NCBI GenBank assembly: GCA_028534125.1 | Contig: CM052816.1 | Location: 81,036,001-81,100,000 of the forward strand | DNA: 64,000 bases | Direction: 5' to 3' | Source: Lama glama | Taxonomy: Eukaryota | In this document: piece by piece, positions 1 to 14,444 of the stretch | Layout of the letters: the number at the start of each line of letters is the position of its first letter | Position numbering within the stretch: the first letter of the stretch is position 1 | The notes under the pieces: generated by a model | Databases searched by the model: none | Told to the model about the DNA's origin: nothing | Seen by the model: the letters and a program-made list of their open reading frames with translations, nothing else | Translations under genes and position numbers: made by a program

Positions 1-174
1 CCATCAAATGGAAGAGTTAGTCAGTTTAGCTGTTTGTCATCCTAGAGAGATCAGAGAGCAAGGCTTTCCAACAGATGTAATAACTAGTAGACAACAGGCT
101 GGAGATGTGTGATGTACAGAGGAGCTGGGAGCTGTACTGGGAGCTCTAGGTACCTGGTGAAAGACCCTTGAGGG

Positions 175-478
175 GGCTTCTACTCACTTCACTCGGGTGT
201 CCGCTCAGATGACACCTCAGAAGCCTTCCCTGATCATCTAATCTAGGCTAGTGCCATCACCATCACCACTACTTTCTTTCCCTTTACATCAAAGAGCATA
301 TGAATACTGGATTTCACATTATACATTTGTTCATTTATCATCTACTGTATGTGCTAGTAAGGAAGCCTCAGGAGGTCAAGGGCTTCATTACATTAGTCAC
401 TACATGTCAAGAACCTAGCATGTATCCGACGCATAGTAGGCCCTTGGGAAATACATGTTCAGTGAATGAAAGAATGTG
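175..478 (+). mobile_element. L2 LINE 3' end fragment
   Basis: 'agccttccctgatcatcta...cctagcatgtatccgacgcatagtagg...gtgaatgaaagaatg' resembles the L2 3' terminus. Confidence 0.7.
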
Positions 479-1394
479 AGGACACTGGGTGTCTTGTGTC
501 TGGACCTACCTTCTACCCCACTACATACGCCCTACCTCAGCCAAGAGTGTTCATTACCTGCTTCTACCTATAAATTCCAAGTTAACCACTAGCAGGCCCT
601 CTTCGTGTCCTAACAGAAAGCTTGTAATGGCTTCTGAGTCTCGAGCAATGGTCTTACCACTTTCAAGAGCCTCTTGATGCTGTTTGTTTATCCCAGTTCA
701 CCTTGTTTTGCTTCTTTGGTTCTTATTGGATTTTTTGCTTCCTAAGTATCTCCCTGGATATTTTCACCTATCCCTTTCCCATCTGTTTGTCTGGATACCT
801 AGATAGCCTCTGACTCAGGTTTTAAACTGGCCATGAACTCACATGTTTTTCTTGACTGCTTACTGTTGACCTGCTACCAACACCCAACTTAGACTCTCAG
901 TTCCTGGTTTTCCTTTCTTACATATATCCATGTTCCATGCATCCCAGCACTGGCATGCTAAAATAATGGGAGGAAAAGGAAGATACAGAGCGGGAAAAAT
1001 AAGAGATACTGAAAATAAAACACCTTTTGCTTTATCATTTTGTCTAGGGTTGGACTTTACCAAGAGGACCTTGAGTTCTGACTTGTTTGAGCTGATGACA
1101 TAACACATAACTTTAAGGAAGGTTATTTGACCTTGTGATCTAACCTGCCCCAGTGTAACCTGGTATGAAGCAGAAAGCTTGGTGCTAATGCTGAGCTGCA
1201 CATCCAAACAGAGCCTCTAATTCTGGACTGATAAATTATAAGTAAATTAGCCTTGCTAATCCCTAACTGTTGCAGGCTTTGGTGATATATTCATGTTGTT
1301 GAAGTAACACTTTTAAATTCTTTACCCAACAGTATTTTGGGCTTGGAAACAGCTTAATTAGTCACCCTAGTTAATGGAGCTAATGTACCCCCTT

Positions 1395-1575
1395 GGTGGA
1401 ATGGAAAAGGATTTTGCCTAGAAGTTAAGAGACCTGGATTCTGGTTCCAACTCTGCCACTCATTAGCTATGTGACTTTGGACATTTTATCTCTCTAAGGC
1501 TTAATGTCCTTATCTCTAAATGAAAGGTTTGGACTGGGATGAGCTCAGAAATTATTTCTAGCTTTACAATACTGT
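1395..1575 (+). mobile_element. MIR SINE
   Basis: 'gacctggattctggttccaactctgccactcattagctatgtgactttggac' matches the MIR core. Confidence 0.75.
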
Positions 1576-4164
1576 GCAACTTAGAAAATAAGTAAAAGCA
1601 CTGGTGTTTGTAGGATTTTTGCCAAACTGACCCTCAAAATAATATCCTTGACTATGGTATGTTGAAAGAAACCCTGGAATCCCAGGGCTATTGCTTTTAA
1701 TGATTTTTCTGCCCTCTTAGCTTCCATTCCTTTACCCATAAAGAATCAAGAGTTTGAGCAAGAATTTATTTATGCTCCCATCTTTTTCTAAGGTCTTATA
1801 AGTCCTGTGTTTCTATGACTATCCGAAGTCTACTTACGTGGCATACACTCTCAACAAATTTTCACATCTTTATAAACAGACAGCTATAAAATGGTACTTG
1901 AAATTTGAGTGAGAGAGGTATAAAATTCTTTTCTCCTTGATAAAGATTTTCTACCTAGTAAATTTCAGGAGGAGAAAAACATTATTTCATTATTCATGAT
2001 ATGGATGGATGCATAGATAAACAGATAAAAGGAGGTGGAGATTTTATAATAAAGGGACAAGAAAAAGGAAGAGTAGCTAACATGAATATGTGACTTAATG
2101 TGATTGCAAGTTTCAGACCATAAGCCAGTTTAATCTTTGATGAAAGATGGTCCCAATGGATCCAATCTTTGTTTTTGTTTTATTTCTCACATTTTCAAAT
2201 TGTACCCATTCCCCAGAACTTCAACTGCTAAAGCCAATATCAAGCCAATATCTCTAAGATTGATTGAAGGGCTTTTTGAAAAAAACCAAGCTGTCAATAT
2301 TTTCCTCACTAGAGCCTCTCTATGAATTAACATTGAGAAGTGTTAATTTCTTAAATTTATTGTAAAATATTAAGCAAAGTTAAATTACAAGTGCTTAAAA
2401 TCTGTGATCCAAATTTCTGTTATTTTCCAATAAAGCAAATGGCACTGTGACAGCAAAAAAAAGTGGGGCAGAGGGAGGTAGAGTTTCTTGTTTCTTAGCA
2501 AGAAGGTATGTGAACACCACTGCCTATCTCTGAAAAAAAAACTGTCATGGATAATTAAGTGGAAGGTATATGTAAAAGCACTTAGCACAGGGCCTGGAAC
2601 ATGGTAAGTGTTTAACAAATGTGATTTCCTTCCTTCGTTTCTTCCTTCCACAAATTCCTAGACAATCTTCAAGTGATCCTTAATCCTGAAAGTTTAAATC
2701 GTCCCCACTCCATAATTCACTATGCCTCTGCTCTTTCAATAAAACCTAATAAATATCTCTGTGCTTCCCATACCCTTAGGGTGTTCATTTCTAACTAGCG
2801 TCTAAACAGATGAAAGGCACAGGACGTGCGGAGTCAAGATTCAGCATGCTGTAAGGATTCTGCCTTTCAGAGGTCTATTTTTAAACTATGAGCTCTGAGA
2901 ACACATTGTATACAGAAATGAGAACTGTTTGTTCAGTCTACCTCCGTTTTGGACCCTTCCCATCTCCTTCTAGGACAGTGAAGTCCAAAGACATGGGTGG
3001 AGATCCGCATCCTCCTGGGGCACCCCTATGCAACCTGTTGTTGGGCCCCCTGATTTGGGGCACAAACTGGCAGATTTAATAGGTTTCTGACATCTCTCTT
3101 TCCCGCACCTATACCAAAGATTATTGAGTTTCATTTTCCCAGTCATTGATTTATGCCTTACCAGTTTTTTAATGTAATGAATACTGCCCAAGAATATACT
3201 TAGCCTATGTTTATACGTACTGATTTGTGATAACCATGTATTATATATTTAGTTTGTTTACTTATACCCATCCTTTTTTTAACAAAGGAATGACATGGCT
3301 TTTAACAAGATATGTGATAAATTTACAAGATAGAAAACCAGGGCCAAAGGAAAAGGAGAATGCAAATGTGCCAGCCACAAGGGTCAATGTGGTTGCTGTG
3401 ACTGGGCCTCACACTTCATTATGAGCCTCCTGGCAGCCGGGGCCATAGTTCTCATCAGGGAGAAAAAAGTCTATCAGTGTCTAAAAAAAAAAAGGTAAAA
3501 CTATTTTTAGTATTAAATTCTAAATAGAATGATATGAAAGGCTTTACATAAGAGAAATGGAGTTATTCATGGGCCCAATCCTCAATATACTTACAGCAAA
3601 TTGAGAAGTGGGTTTCAGATGACTCTTTTTGGTGATAACCCTCAATAAAATGCTCAAAGCGTAAGATTAAAGAACAACTTGAAGAATGAACGTGTGATGA
3701 TTGGTCAAGAACAATTCTGAAAGTGTCTGGAAATGCAGCTGTTCCACGGCAAGAATGAAGGGTGCTTTGGGAAATGAACAGACTATGTCTCTTACACAGC
3801 CTACCCTAGAATTCCACGTCTCACCACTCAGCTGCCGAAGGAAGATATAAGCGATCATATTCTCAGCTTAGGCCTAGGAGCCTGGGCTTCCACATCAGGA
3901 ATGAATCCTTAAATTTGGAAAATCAGATGAGCACGTGCCTAACTCAGGCTGCAGCCTGAACTGAAGACTACCTGCCTCCCCATACAGGATTTGACGGGAT
4001 GTGTATATGAAAGTATAGATTAAGAATCTTCACAATAATCCAACTTTACTTAACCACACTAGAATGTGCTGTATTAAAATAAAGGTATAAAATCTTTTTA
4101 CTAATCTGGGCTTTCGGTACACCTTTCCATCCAAGACCCATGTGTTGCTTCAGCAAGGGGCTCT

Positions 4165-4385
4165 TCTGACCCTTGTACTAAAGATGGTCTTCCCTTGTGT
4201 GTGTCCCCCAGTTTACTTCTCATTATACTTTAATTACAGTTAGTCGTTTAATGTTTTTCCTCCCCTTCAGGCAGCAAAAGCATGGGAAATAAATCTGACT
4301 TTTTCATTATTGATATCCCCTTGTGTCTAGAATACTGTCTGACTTATTACTGGCCTTCAAACCCCATTTGTTAAATAATAGAATA
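4165..4385 (+). mobile_element. L2 3' fragment
   Basis: Degenerate L2 tail 'ctagaatactgtctgacttattactggccttcaaaccccatttgttaaata'. Confidence 0.5.
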
Positions 4386-4494
4386 TATAGATAATGTTGT
4401 TATTTTTCAATGAGGTTTCATAACTTTTTGGTAAATGATCGTTCTACTCATCAAGAGTGAATTTATGTGTCTATGTTGGATATGATAGGTAAGA

Positions 4495-4670
4495 CATTAT
4501 TTAATCCTTAAACCACCCTATCAGAGAAATGTATTTATCTCCATTTTACTAATGAGAAGACTGGGGCACCAAGAAGGTGAAGAACTCCCCAGGTTGTACC
4601 GTTGGTAAGCGGTGGAGCCAGGGCTCCCTCTCAGGACAGTCTGGATCCAAATTCCAGTCTTAAATGACCA
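4495..4670 (-). mobile_element. MIR SINE
   Basis: 'tttaatcct...ccattttactaatgagaagactggggcac' is a reverse MIR core. Confidence 0.7.
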
Positions 4671-5043
4671 CATAACATGGGACGTATGACTGAATTGCCT
4701 TTTAGGGTTTCAAAAATTTCACCCCCTCACGAAATACCCATCTCACTACAATCTTACTGACCTTTATCATTGGTGACTTATTGTTTAAATCTGCTTTTCT
4801 TTCGTAAAAAGTTGAGATTGAATGTTGAATGTTGTTTCATTGTTTATTAGCCCTTTGTATTTCTTAAGGAAATTAGAATGTGTAAGTTTTAATTGATGAA
4901 GGTAAAGGAAAAAGAAGGACCAAGAAGTAGATTTATTGTTCCAGATGGACCAACAGGCCTAACTAACTGAATTAACTAGACTATTGTCCTTGGGGACTAG
5001 GAGGCATTAGGGGGAAGGTACCAACAGCAAATGTCTCTGTTTT

Positions 5044-5175
5044 TAGGGTGGTCATTAATTCATCCTCCAAGCCAGAGTTCTTCAGACGGGAAAGGAGGCA
5101 CTGTTACTAATAACATCAAGACCACAGTTGTAAACCAGGACTATCCTAGGCAAAGTGAGATACAGAGTCACCTTA
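5044..5175. mobile_element. hAT-Blackjack MITE (MER81-like)
   Basis: Degenerate TIRs TAGGGTGGTC...GTCACCTTA, about 130 bp, internal 'aaaggaggcactgttactaat'. Confidence 0.7.
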
Positions 5176-7744
5176 CCGATTTTTCACCTTTCCAGGCTGG
5201 TTCTAGTTCTGAGCTGTGGTGGCTTCTACTGGTTACCCCAAATAGTTTGACTCAGCATATCATGTGGGCTATATGCATTCTTTTAAGCATTCCAGGAATT
5301 ACACAACTATTTGTACTGTCCCCTTCAATGTGTCCCACTGGGAGACTACATACCTATTCCAATGATGTTGCAATTGTTCAAAACATTTTTTGTAATTCTG
5401 TTTGGCAACGCCTTCTAAACCATTAATGGCTTCTTTAAAAAGTCAGTCTGAACACATCTTGTTAAATCTTTTATTCCACTCAGGTCCTTGCGTGTAGGTT
5501 CACTCAATAAATATTCACTGAATTCAGTGAAGTGGAATTAGATTCCAAAGCTCAAAATTACCCTCAGAAAATGAAGATTCATTAACTTTGAGTCTATTCA
5601 TTAGGCCGAAACTCAAAAAAAAAAAAAATACTGGAAAGAAATATATGTTAACTGTGAAAATTCAAAAAACAAGACAAAAATCAAAGCTTTCACATGAATA
5701 TATATTACTTTTAAATTAAGAAGATGTTTATCTTATTTTGTTTTTACATATTAATTTTACCTCAGGTAATTCCAGAGAAGAATTTCTCAAATGTGTTACA
5801 TAATATTACCATTTTGGGAATATGTGTACAACTTTCAGAGGTGATTACTTTGAAAGGGACAACACACATTTAGATGAGTACATTCTGTAATGTTTATTTT
5901 AAAAAAATAATCCACTGCTTTATAATCATGCTTCTATTTTTGACATTTTCATGAATATAAGTCATAACATGGATGCTATGAAGGACATGGCTTTAAAAAT
6001 AAGAGAAATAAACATTCAAGAAATAAGCAGATGACACTCAGGGTCAGGGCGTGGAGCCAGCTGCCTGGGGAGTGGTCTCCCCAGCCGCACTCTCCTCCAG
6101 TTCGAGGAAACAGAGCAGCAGCAGTGGTTCATCTAGAAGTTCTGCCTCCTGATAAGCAATATGGACATCTGCCCAGCCAGTTAATTTAGAGGCTGACAAC
6201 AAGCATTATGATTCCCCTTGTATGGAGTGAAATCAAAGCATAAATGTTCCAACAATTTGCCTCCGTTGGTAGCATCACAAGGGACTGCTGACCTTTCAGA
6301 CTAGAGCACTGAGTGGGCATATACAGAGGACCCACATCAATACACATATATTTCTGTCAGCTGCATAACCAACTAAAACAGCCACGCCCTCAACACAAAC
6401 TGCCCCATAAACCAAGAGCTAATTAAACACAAACAGAGTTGTTATCACTCACCGCAGGATGGAGTGCTATATGGTAAGGGTGTTCTAAGCAAGAGTGTCC
6501 ATGTCAATGCTGAGACTTTCAATAAAGAACTTTCTTAAACATATTGATGGGAGAAGGGGAAAGAGAAGAGGGGGAGGGCACTGTGGCTGGAGGCTGAGAA
6601 CTCAAGGCCATCCGAAGGCGGCAGTGATTTATGTTGAAGGAGGCCATTTTACCAGCTCCTTTTGAGCCAGAGCCACTGGAAGGGGGCCGTGTTCGGAGCA
6701 GATGTTCCTGTGTGACTGCTGCTTCCTCTGTGGGTACATACAGGGCTGGGCTATAAGGAGGAGGGGACAGTGGGAAGCCAAACTGGTTCCCCTCTAGGGT
6801 GGAAAGGAGATGCGTGCTGTCCGTTGTCAAAAGAAAACATTATCAAGTGCCTGTTTATGTGCTGAAGTAATTTCTAATTACTCGAGGCAGGGAACGTGGT
6901 CCAGTGTGGTTAAAGGCGGGCTGTCAGCACAGGACAGTGACCATTCTGTTCTCCTTTCTGCTCTTAACTTCCTCGTGTGACTAGCTGCAAGTCCCCTAAC
7001 CCCCTCCGTCCTCAGAACTCCCAGCCAGATTTGGGTAAAACTTCCCATTCATTCAGTACTTAGCATCTGGCATTCTCAAGTGCTTTTAAAATTTAGGCTA
7101 ATTAATAGTATCCCTTTGAGGCTGGAAATTATTATTATGACGATGATGATGCCTTTAGTTGATGGTGATGGGAGGCACGCAGACTTTAAGTGATTTCCCT
7201 CCAGGGGCTGGAATCCCTGAGTGTGGGTAAGAGCTAATCTTGGGCTATCACCACTCAACCCCACACCCTCCCAGACCACACCAGGGAACTCACAGGGTGC
7301 TTTGAGGATAAACGAGTTACTTATTCCGCCTTTGGGGCAACTCAGATTAGGTGTTAAAGAAATACAAAGCATTTCTAAAATGGATGGGGGCTTTGTTTTC
7401 ACAAAGCCACACCAGTATTCCTGAGCAGAGCTATCACGGGGCCAAGCTTCTTTCTGATCATCTTCTCTGTGCTAGAGACTAACACAAGGACAGACTGTCG
7501 CAGCTGGGCTGAGTTACCTCTCTTTTTAACTTTTCTCCAAAAAAAATTGCAACATACTCCCTGAAAAATAAGGTTTAAATAATCAAAAAGGACGCAAGAA
7601 CAACAGAGGGAAAAGAGAACATTACTTCCTCCATGCTGTCCTAAACCCATCCCCAGCTACCCCCAATCAACTCATCAGTGCTAAACACTGTCCACTTTCT
7701 TGTCTTGCCAAGCAGTAACAAAAATTAATAGTAAATATTCATAA

Positions 7745-7932
7745 GCCTGTATAGTCTGACTGCCAACTCCATTATTTCCTAACTATATAACCTTGGCCAA
7801 GTTCCTAAGCCTCTCTGAGCTTCAATTTCCTCATTTGTAAAATGGGAATAATTTATAATGCCTGCTTCACAAGGTTATTTTAAAGATTCAATGATGCCTA
7901 CTTTGTACAGTTAAATAAATGTTAACTATTAT
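7745..7932 (+). mobile_element. MIR SINE
   Basis: 'ctctctgagcttcaatttcctcatttgtaaaatgggaataat' is the MIR core. Confidence 0.8.
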
Positions 7933-8214
7933 TTGTCGGAACATATAAACTCCTTTATTTTACACAATAGGATCATTCCAAGCACAAGTTGTGCAAAGCA
8001 GCTTTTTTCACCCACCTTTCTACAATAGCCAAAGGATTTTCCCCCTTGTTGGTTTGTAAAGATGGGGCACTATTAAGAGTGTTGACACTGGGCAGTCAGG
8101 AAGAATACAGTGAACAATCAGAGTAGGTGTCAGGCAAAAACAGCAGTGGATACCAGCTGAGTATCGGTGATGTCTAGGGAGAAACCTTGTTCTCTTCTGT
8201 TTAAACCATCTCTT

Positions 8215-8605
8215 CAGATCATTTAGAATGTTTCAACATTTTTAATAGGGCCTCAAAAAAACATGCTTATATACTTTGCTCATTGATTTCTTACTTAATT
8301 GCTTTGTATCAAGGAACATGCTGCATATGACTTCTATCCTTTGAAATTAGTTAAGAATTATTTAAGCCTAGTACCTGGTCAAGAGTTTTTGAAAATGTTC
8401 CATGTGGGCTTTGAAAAGATGCATATTCTGCACTTGTGGATGCGTGTTTTTCATATATGCCCATAAAATTAAGTTTTTTATAGCGTGTTGTTCAAATTTC
8501 TATTACTCCACTGAGTTTTGCTGTGTATGCTACCAATTAGGAGAGGAGTATATTAGAAATTTTCCATGATAGTTGCTGATTCTTCTATTTTTCTTTGTTT
8601 TGTCA
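8215..8605 (-). mobile_element. Old L1 (L1M) ORF2 fragment
   Basis: 'gaaaatgttccatgtgggctttgaaaagatgcatattctgc' is typical antisense L1 endonuclease-region sequence. Confidence 0.65.
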
Positions 8606-9309
8606 GTTAGGGTGGAGACTCCAATTACCTTTACAGGTAATTCAAAGTCTACTACTACCTCCTCACAAACTAATTGGTTCAGTTTTGCCTATATTGTGGT
8701 CCCTCAACTAATGACAGCATTGATAGTTACTTTATATGCCACATGGTTGAGCTTTAGAAAAAAATTCTAATTGTTCACTTATGTAATATGTATTAGGAAA
8801 AATAGAAAAACAGCACATCAAACCCAAGATTTCATGGATTTATTGCTTAAAATGAAACCAAAATTATTTATTTAAGTTTTTTAAAGAAAGAGTCAATTTA
8901 AAGAAAAACATTTCATGTATAAGGTATGCTTAGAATATGGCAAATATATTGAAGGTAGTTTACAAAAGACTGAGTTTTGAGAGACCTTGAACTAAGCAAT
9001 AAATTAAAGAAAAGCCTGTTAAACAACAAGAAGCATGTCTTTAAATTGCTGAGCTCTGCTCTGCACGCTACGGGCAGACAGTAAATATAGTGACAGCCCC
9101 TTATAATGCTCTAGGAGGAATGGGGACTAATGCCAGAATTATAGACTAATCATGGTTCTAAAGGCCTTATCTATACCCAACTTTTTTCAGAAACTATTCC
9201 AAGTGTTATCTAGATGTACTCAATTGTGATTTTTCAAGAGATAATATTTACCTTGAAAATATTTACATCTTAAAAATTCTTGCTTTATGTATTTGTCTGA
9301 AACCACCAA

Positions 9310-9492
9310 GTTTTTTTAATTGGAATATAGCTGAAATACAATATTATGTTAGTTTCAGGTGTACTACATAGTGACTTGACATTTGCATCCATTATGAAAT
9401 GATCACCACAAGTCTAGTAACCACCTGTCCCCATACAATGTTACTACAATACTGACCATATTTCTTATGCTGTGTATTAAATCTCAGTGGCT
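9310..9492 (-). mobile_element. L1 3' end (L1MA-like)
   Basis: T-tract then 'aattggaatatagctg...gtttcaggtgtactacatagtgac'; similar to 52215-52385. Confidence 0.75.
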
Positions 9493-10334
9493 TAAGTAGG
9501 TAGAGTGTTGTTATACCAAGTGTGAGGGTGCCCTGGGAGGACTGCAATTTAGATCTTTTGAAATCAGAGAATTTTTTTTAGGCCATTTAAAACAGCCAGT
9601 GCATTTCAGGAGAAGATGGATTCTATCTTTAGGGAAGGTCTTCTTTTTGTTCTGGGAGAGACTGTTTTTGTCAAGCAGATAATAAGGCAGTACCACATGG
9701 ACAGAGATGGAAAGCCTGTTAGATTGAAATGTTAAGAAATTCTTTTTATAATGTAAAATAAATCTATAAACAAGAACACAGCACCAAAGATTTAGACAAT
9801 TTTTGAATTTTGTTTTAAGTTTCCCTTTGCTGAAAAGTATTATTTGTTCTTGGAAGATGTGTCTATATCCTTGCCTAATGCTGGCTCACAGGAAAGGGGC
9901 AATGGGTGGATGGTCAAGAGGAGCAAGCAAGGCTGACCTTCTCTTTCACGTCACCCCAAATAACAGACTATGAAATACTTGAGGCCTCAGCATGAAGTGC
10001 ACTGGCTAAACCAATGACTTCTCAAACCTGATGTCACTGACGGCTTTATTACCCCAGGCTTCAGGCTTCAGTATATACACCGTGAACTACCGTGATTGCC
10101 AAGTCCATGACAAGGGAGCCAGGCTGCACCTTGGATGTGGCGATTGGCATTTCCTTGAAGGAAGTGAACCTCCCTGTTATGAATTATCCTGGGACAGAAA
10201 AGAAAGCCTGTGGAGATGATTCTGTAGTATGCGCATTGATAGGAGCTGAGCCAGTTTCACATTTCATGGAAGTTTGACAAGAGCTATGCAAATAATCAGA
10301 TTTTGGACATGGATACTTGTGGGAGCAATTATAA

Positions 10335-10545
10335 GCAAAGGAGTCACCATGAAGCCAATGTAGCTTAATCGTCAGGGTTCCTCACTTTGCAGGGCCCCTT
10401 CAGAGGTCTTGGGAGGAACCTTAGCAATGTATATGCATGGTCATGTTTTAAAACTTGCAAAGTAAAATACTTTTGTGTTACTGTTCTTACAGAGAGTCCC
10501 ACAATTATATCAGTTTCTTTCCCCACAGAATCTGGACCTGTTCTG
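10335..10545. mobile_element. hAT-Tip100 element (MER115/Zaphod-like)
   Basis: 'ccatgaagccaatgtagcttaatcgtcagggttcctcactttgcagggcccc' resembles the terminal region of this family. Confidence 0.45.
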
Positions 10546-11244
10546 TTTCTAAGATAATCTATGTTGAACTTTTGTTATCTCCAGGCCTTCAGTAGTCTTG
10601 TCTTGGTTATTCTTTGGAGAATTAAAGGGGACTGGGTTCACACTTGGGCTGAAATGATATAGGGCTGAGGCAGTGTCCTGGAGAAGCTGCTTATGAGGTG
10701 TAGTAGTTGACCAGTAGAAAGTGGAACAGTGATCTGAGGAGGAACTGTTAATGAGTCAGATGACCGTGGCAGTGCAGAGGGAAGTGTGGGCCAATGCAGA
10801 AGTGCACTCAGACCAAACATGCTCACCACCACTCCTACATGTTTACAGGGAAAGGAGCCTTGAAAGAAATTCTTCACCCCTCTATGTACACAGGGACTAC
10901 TAGGGTTATGCTCATTTAAAGAATAAAGAACTAAAGAAAACAGAGATGAAGCAAATAACTCAAGCAAGACCATAAAACTAGTTTAGCAGAATTCATAGGA
11001 ATGGAACCCAAGTCTTCTGATTTCATGGTCAATTTTCACCATCCTTAGAGTATGAAGCCTTGAGGATCAGAAGTTTTCATCTAGGAAAACTGAGCAGAAG
11101 TAAACAAGCAGCTTTAAGCTCATTTTAGTTGCTGTTGTAGTGAGATATTTACATGTTTATATGAAGAGTTTGACAACATCCGGGATTCCTGTTTGAGCAA
11201 GCATTCAAACTAGATTTACTGTCAAAGCTCTGTTATTCTGTATC

Positions 11245-11482
11245 TAGTGCCTGATTGCATTTTTAAGAAATCCAAAAGCAGGCAAAACTAATCTCTGATG
11301 AGAGCAATCAGAAAGTGATTGAGGAGAGGGTCGGGGGAACTGACAGGAAAGGGGACGCAAGGGAATGTTCTTGTTTTATATCTTATTACAGTCGTCAAAA
11401 TTTTTTATCAAACCAAATACCCAGGAACTGTGTGTTTTGTTGTATATGAATTAAATGTCAGTAAAAATGTAAAATAAATAAG
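11245..11482 (+). mobile_element. L1ME-like 3' end
   Basis: 'aaagcaggcaaaactaatctctgatg...tgtatatgaattaaatgtcagtaaaaa' L1M 3' UTR motifs. Confidence 0.65.
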
Positions 11483-13289
11483 ACTAATCAAAACACCCAT
11501 AAAAATCAAAATTAAATGAGATTAAAACTCTGTTACTGTGCAGAGGCATGAATACTCTCAAGACTCAGGGAGTTACGATTAAGATTCTCTGTTCTTCCTG
11601 TTGCAAGGGAAAATGTTTCCCCACATTACTGTATGTCACATATCTGTCTCCTTTTTATCTCTCACTGTCACTGGAGAACAATGCCATTGGCAGACACAGT
11701 GTGATTATCAGGCAAAACAATATTATTACTGGAAAAATTGGCAGTTTGTTTTCAGCAAAATCCTTTCCCAGTCATAGGGTCATGTTTCCTTTCCTTCTAT
11801 TCTCTGATATTACAGTCTCTCTGCTGCAGATTTTTAAAGATAAACTCTAGTATGGCCCTCTAATTCTAAGTGCTGTGTATTTCTGTTCTTCGGGGTTACA
11901 GCTCAACAGGATTAATTCCAAGTAAAATAAATACAGACTTGGTTTGATGGTTTCATTGTTGTTGTTGTTGTTTATTCTATTTTTGAAGTCTTACACTAAC
12001 TACCTTATTGGTAACAAATGTATATCTTTTTCTGAAATATAACCTTGGTGTAAATAAATTTAATCCCAGAGGTAAGCACTATTCACATTTAAATGTACTT
12101 TTCTTTTGTAGTGTCCCATAGTTGAGACATGCTGCATACTCAATTTTTATTCACCTTTTTAAACATAATGTTATAGCATAAGAATTTTCTGACACTGTGA
12201 AAACCACTGTCTAATGCAGGATGTGCTTGATAATTATTGCTCCTTTATTTTTGAATTGGTCAAATAATTCTATCCACTTTCAGATGATAATGATTTTCCT
12301 GTTTTATCAATTAATAAATCAGTGTCAACAGCATTTTTTCAAGTTCCATGTGAATCAAAATTAGAAATGTTTGTCCAAAATCATAGTCAGATTATGAGCA
12401 ACTTGAGGGCAAGGATAATATTTCCTCCATCTTTAATTCTCTACAGGTGCCAACACGTACAAGGAATCAAAGAAGCACTTATAGATTGAATGAACGATGA
12501 CCATTAGATAATATTTCCAGGAATCAAGACTCGAGAGGTAGGTGGGTAGACCTCAGTGCCTACGACTCGCCTTCTGGAATTAACTGTACTGCCGAACTCT
12601 CAATCAAAAGCAGAATGCCTTTTAGACTAGTTCTGTAGACTAGGTTTGGGTTTGTAAGCCACCTTTTAACACCAGCATGAATTACACATTGACACTGTTC
12701 AACAAATTTTGCTTAAAGATTTTAGATGTGTGAGCCATAAATTTTCTAGTTTTTTAAAACTAATTATCACTGAATATAATTTGGAATTGCATGCTCTGTG
12801 ATGCCTCTTTGTATTATATATGTTGGTTATTAATTGAATATCACAGAGGCCTTTTAGAGCAAAAATTCAAGATATTCTAGAGATTTTTATTCATGGAATT
12901 ACTGAATCTCAAAAAGTGTAGAGCCAGAAAAGACATAAAGTGATCATCTACTTCAAGTTCCCTTTTTAAAGAAGGAGGTAGCCAATTGATTTACCAAGGT
13001 TATTGAGCTAACCAGAAGTGAGGTAGCAGCATTTTGACTCCCTTTTCCATGTTCTTTATGTTATAATATGCTGCCTCGTGTGGACCTATTCTACATACGG
13101 TTCATCGAGAGCAACTCATGTTGAGGAAACATTTCCATTTTTGATAAAACTAAGAAGACAAGGGTAATGTGTACAAATATAATGTATCAAGACTTAAGCA
13201 GGACATTTGACAAGGTATTTTTTTATCTTTGTGCTTATTAAGACCAATATAAACCAGATGCTGGAACTATTACCATTTTTTAGTGATTC

Positions 13290-14420
13290 ATTTTATTTTT
13301 TGATCTTGTGAAAAATAATATAGATACATAAATATGGATAAAGCATAAATGTACAGCTTAATAAGTTACTGTATAACAGACATATGTATAACCACCAACC
13401 AGATCAAGAAATAAAACATTGTCAATCCTGAATTAGGGCTATTATGACTAGTGGCTGGGCTTCTTTTTTCATGCATCCTGGTGTACATATATATCCATTT
13501 CTGCTGAAGATGCATATACTTTATGATCAGGCAGTTCTGCTCCTAGGATCATCATGCATGTGTATCTTCATCTTAAGTAGACAATGCTTAAAGTTTTCCA
13601 AATTGGTTGTATCAGTTTGCCCCCTCACCGGTTGTATGTGAGATTTTCCATTGATCTACATCCTCACCAAATGGGGTATTGTTAGGGTTTTAAATTTTTG
13701 CCAGTCTGATTTGTGTGTCTCTCATGAGAGCTTTGATTTGCATTTACCTGGAACAACTTTTCATATGTTTATTGGCTGTTCAGCTTTCCTCTTGTGATGT
13801 GTCTGCTCAGATCTTTCACCTACTTTTCCGCCATGTTTCCACTGTTCTTTATATACCCTGGAATGATATTCATCAATCGTATATGATGATCTTTGCCAGT
13901 CTTTGCCAGTCTTTTCATGCACTTAATAATGCTTTTTGGTAAGCAGAAAAGTTGAATTTTAATGTAGCCAAATTTGTCAGTTTTTCCCTTGATAATTAGT
14001 GTTTTTTGCATTCTATTTAAGAAATCTCTTCCTACTTGAATGCAGTGAAAATATTCAGATATTAATTTCTAAAATCTTATATTGTTTTGCTTTTCACATT
14101 TAGGACTACAGTTCACCTACATTGGTTTTTGGGTATGGTGTGGTACAGGATCAAATTTCTTTCTTTTCCATAGGAACGTTCAGTCGTCTCAGCTCCATTA
14201 GTGAAAAGACTATGCTTTCCTCAGTGCTCTGCATTGCTATCTTTGGCATAAATTAAGTATATGTAGGTCTCTTTTGTAGCTCTCTCTTCTGTTCAAATGA
14301 TCTGTTTATCTCTTCTGACAATATCACATTGACAGATATTAGAGCTTTATAATACAGTTTTATACATAGTAAAATAAGTCTTCCCTTCCTGATTTTATTC
14401 TCCAAAAGCTCACTGGTTTT
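13290..14420 (-). mobile_element. Old L1 (L1M/L1ME) ORF2-3'UTR fragment
   Basis: Minus-strand ORF 13820-14011 'IKGKTDKFGYIKIQLFC' is a degenerate L1 ORF2 C-terminal segment. Confidence 0.8.
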
Positions 14421-14444
14421 CTGATCATGATGGAATAACAGAGA

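Noticed and set aside
720..1210. Possible ancient LTR or internal retroelement fragment
   Set aside because: Too degenerate to assign a family or boundaries by eye
3694..3720. C box (GTGATGA) and D box (CTGA) suggesting a snoRNA; a similar pair at ~44303-44399
   Set aside because: The first is far too short, the second lacks a convincing terminal stem, and I see no rRNA antisense element
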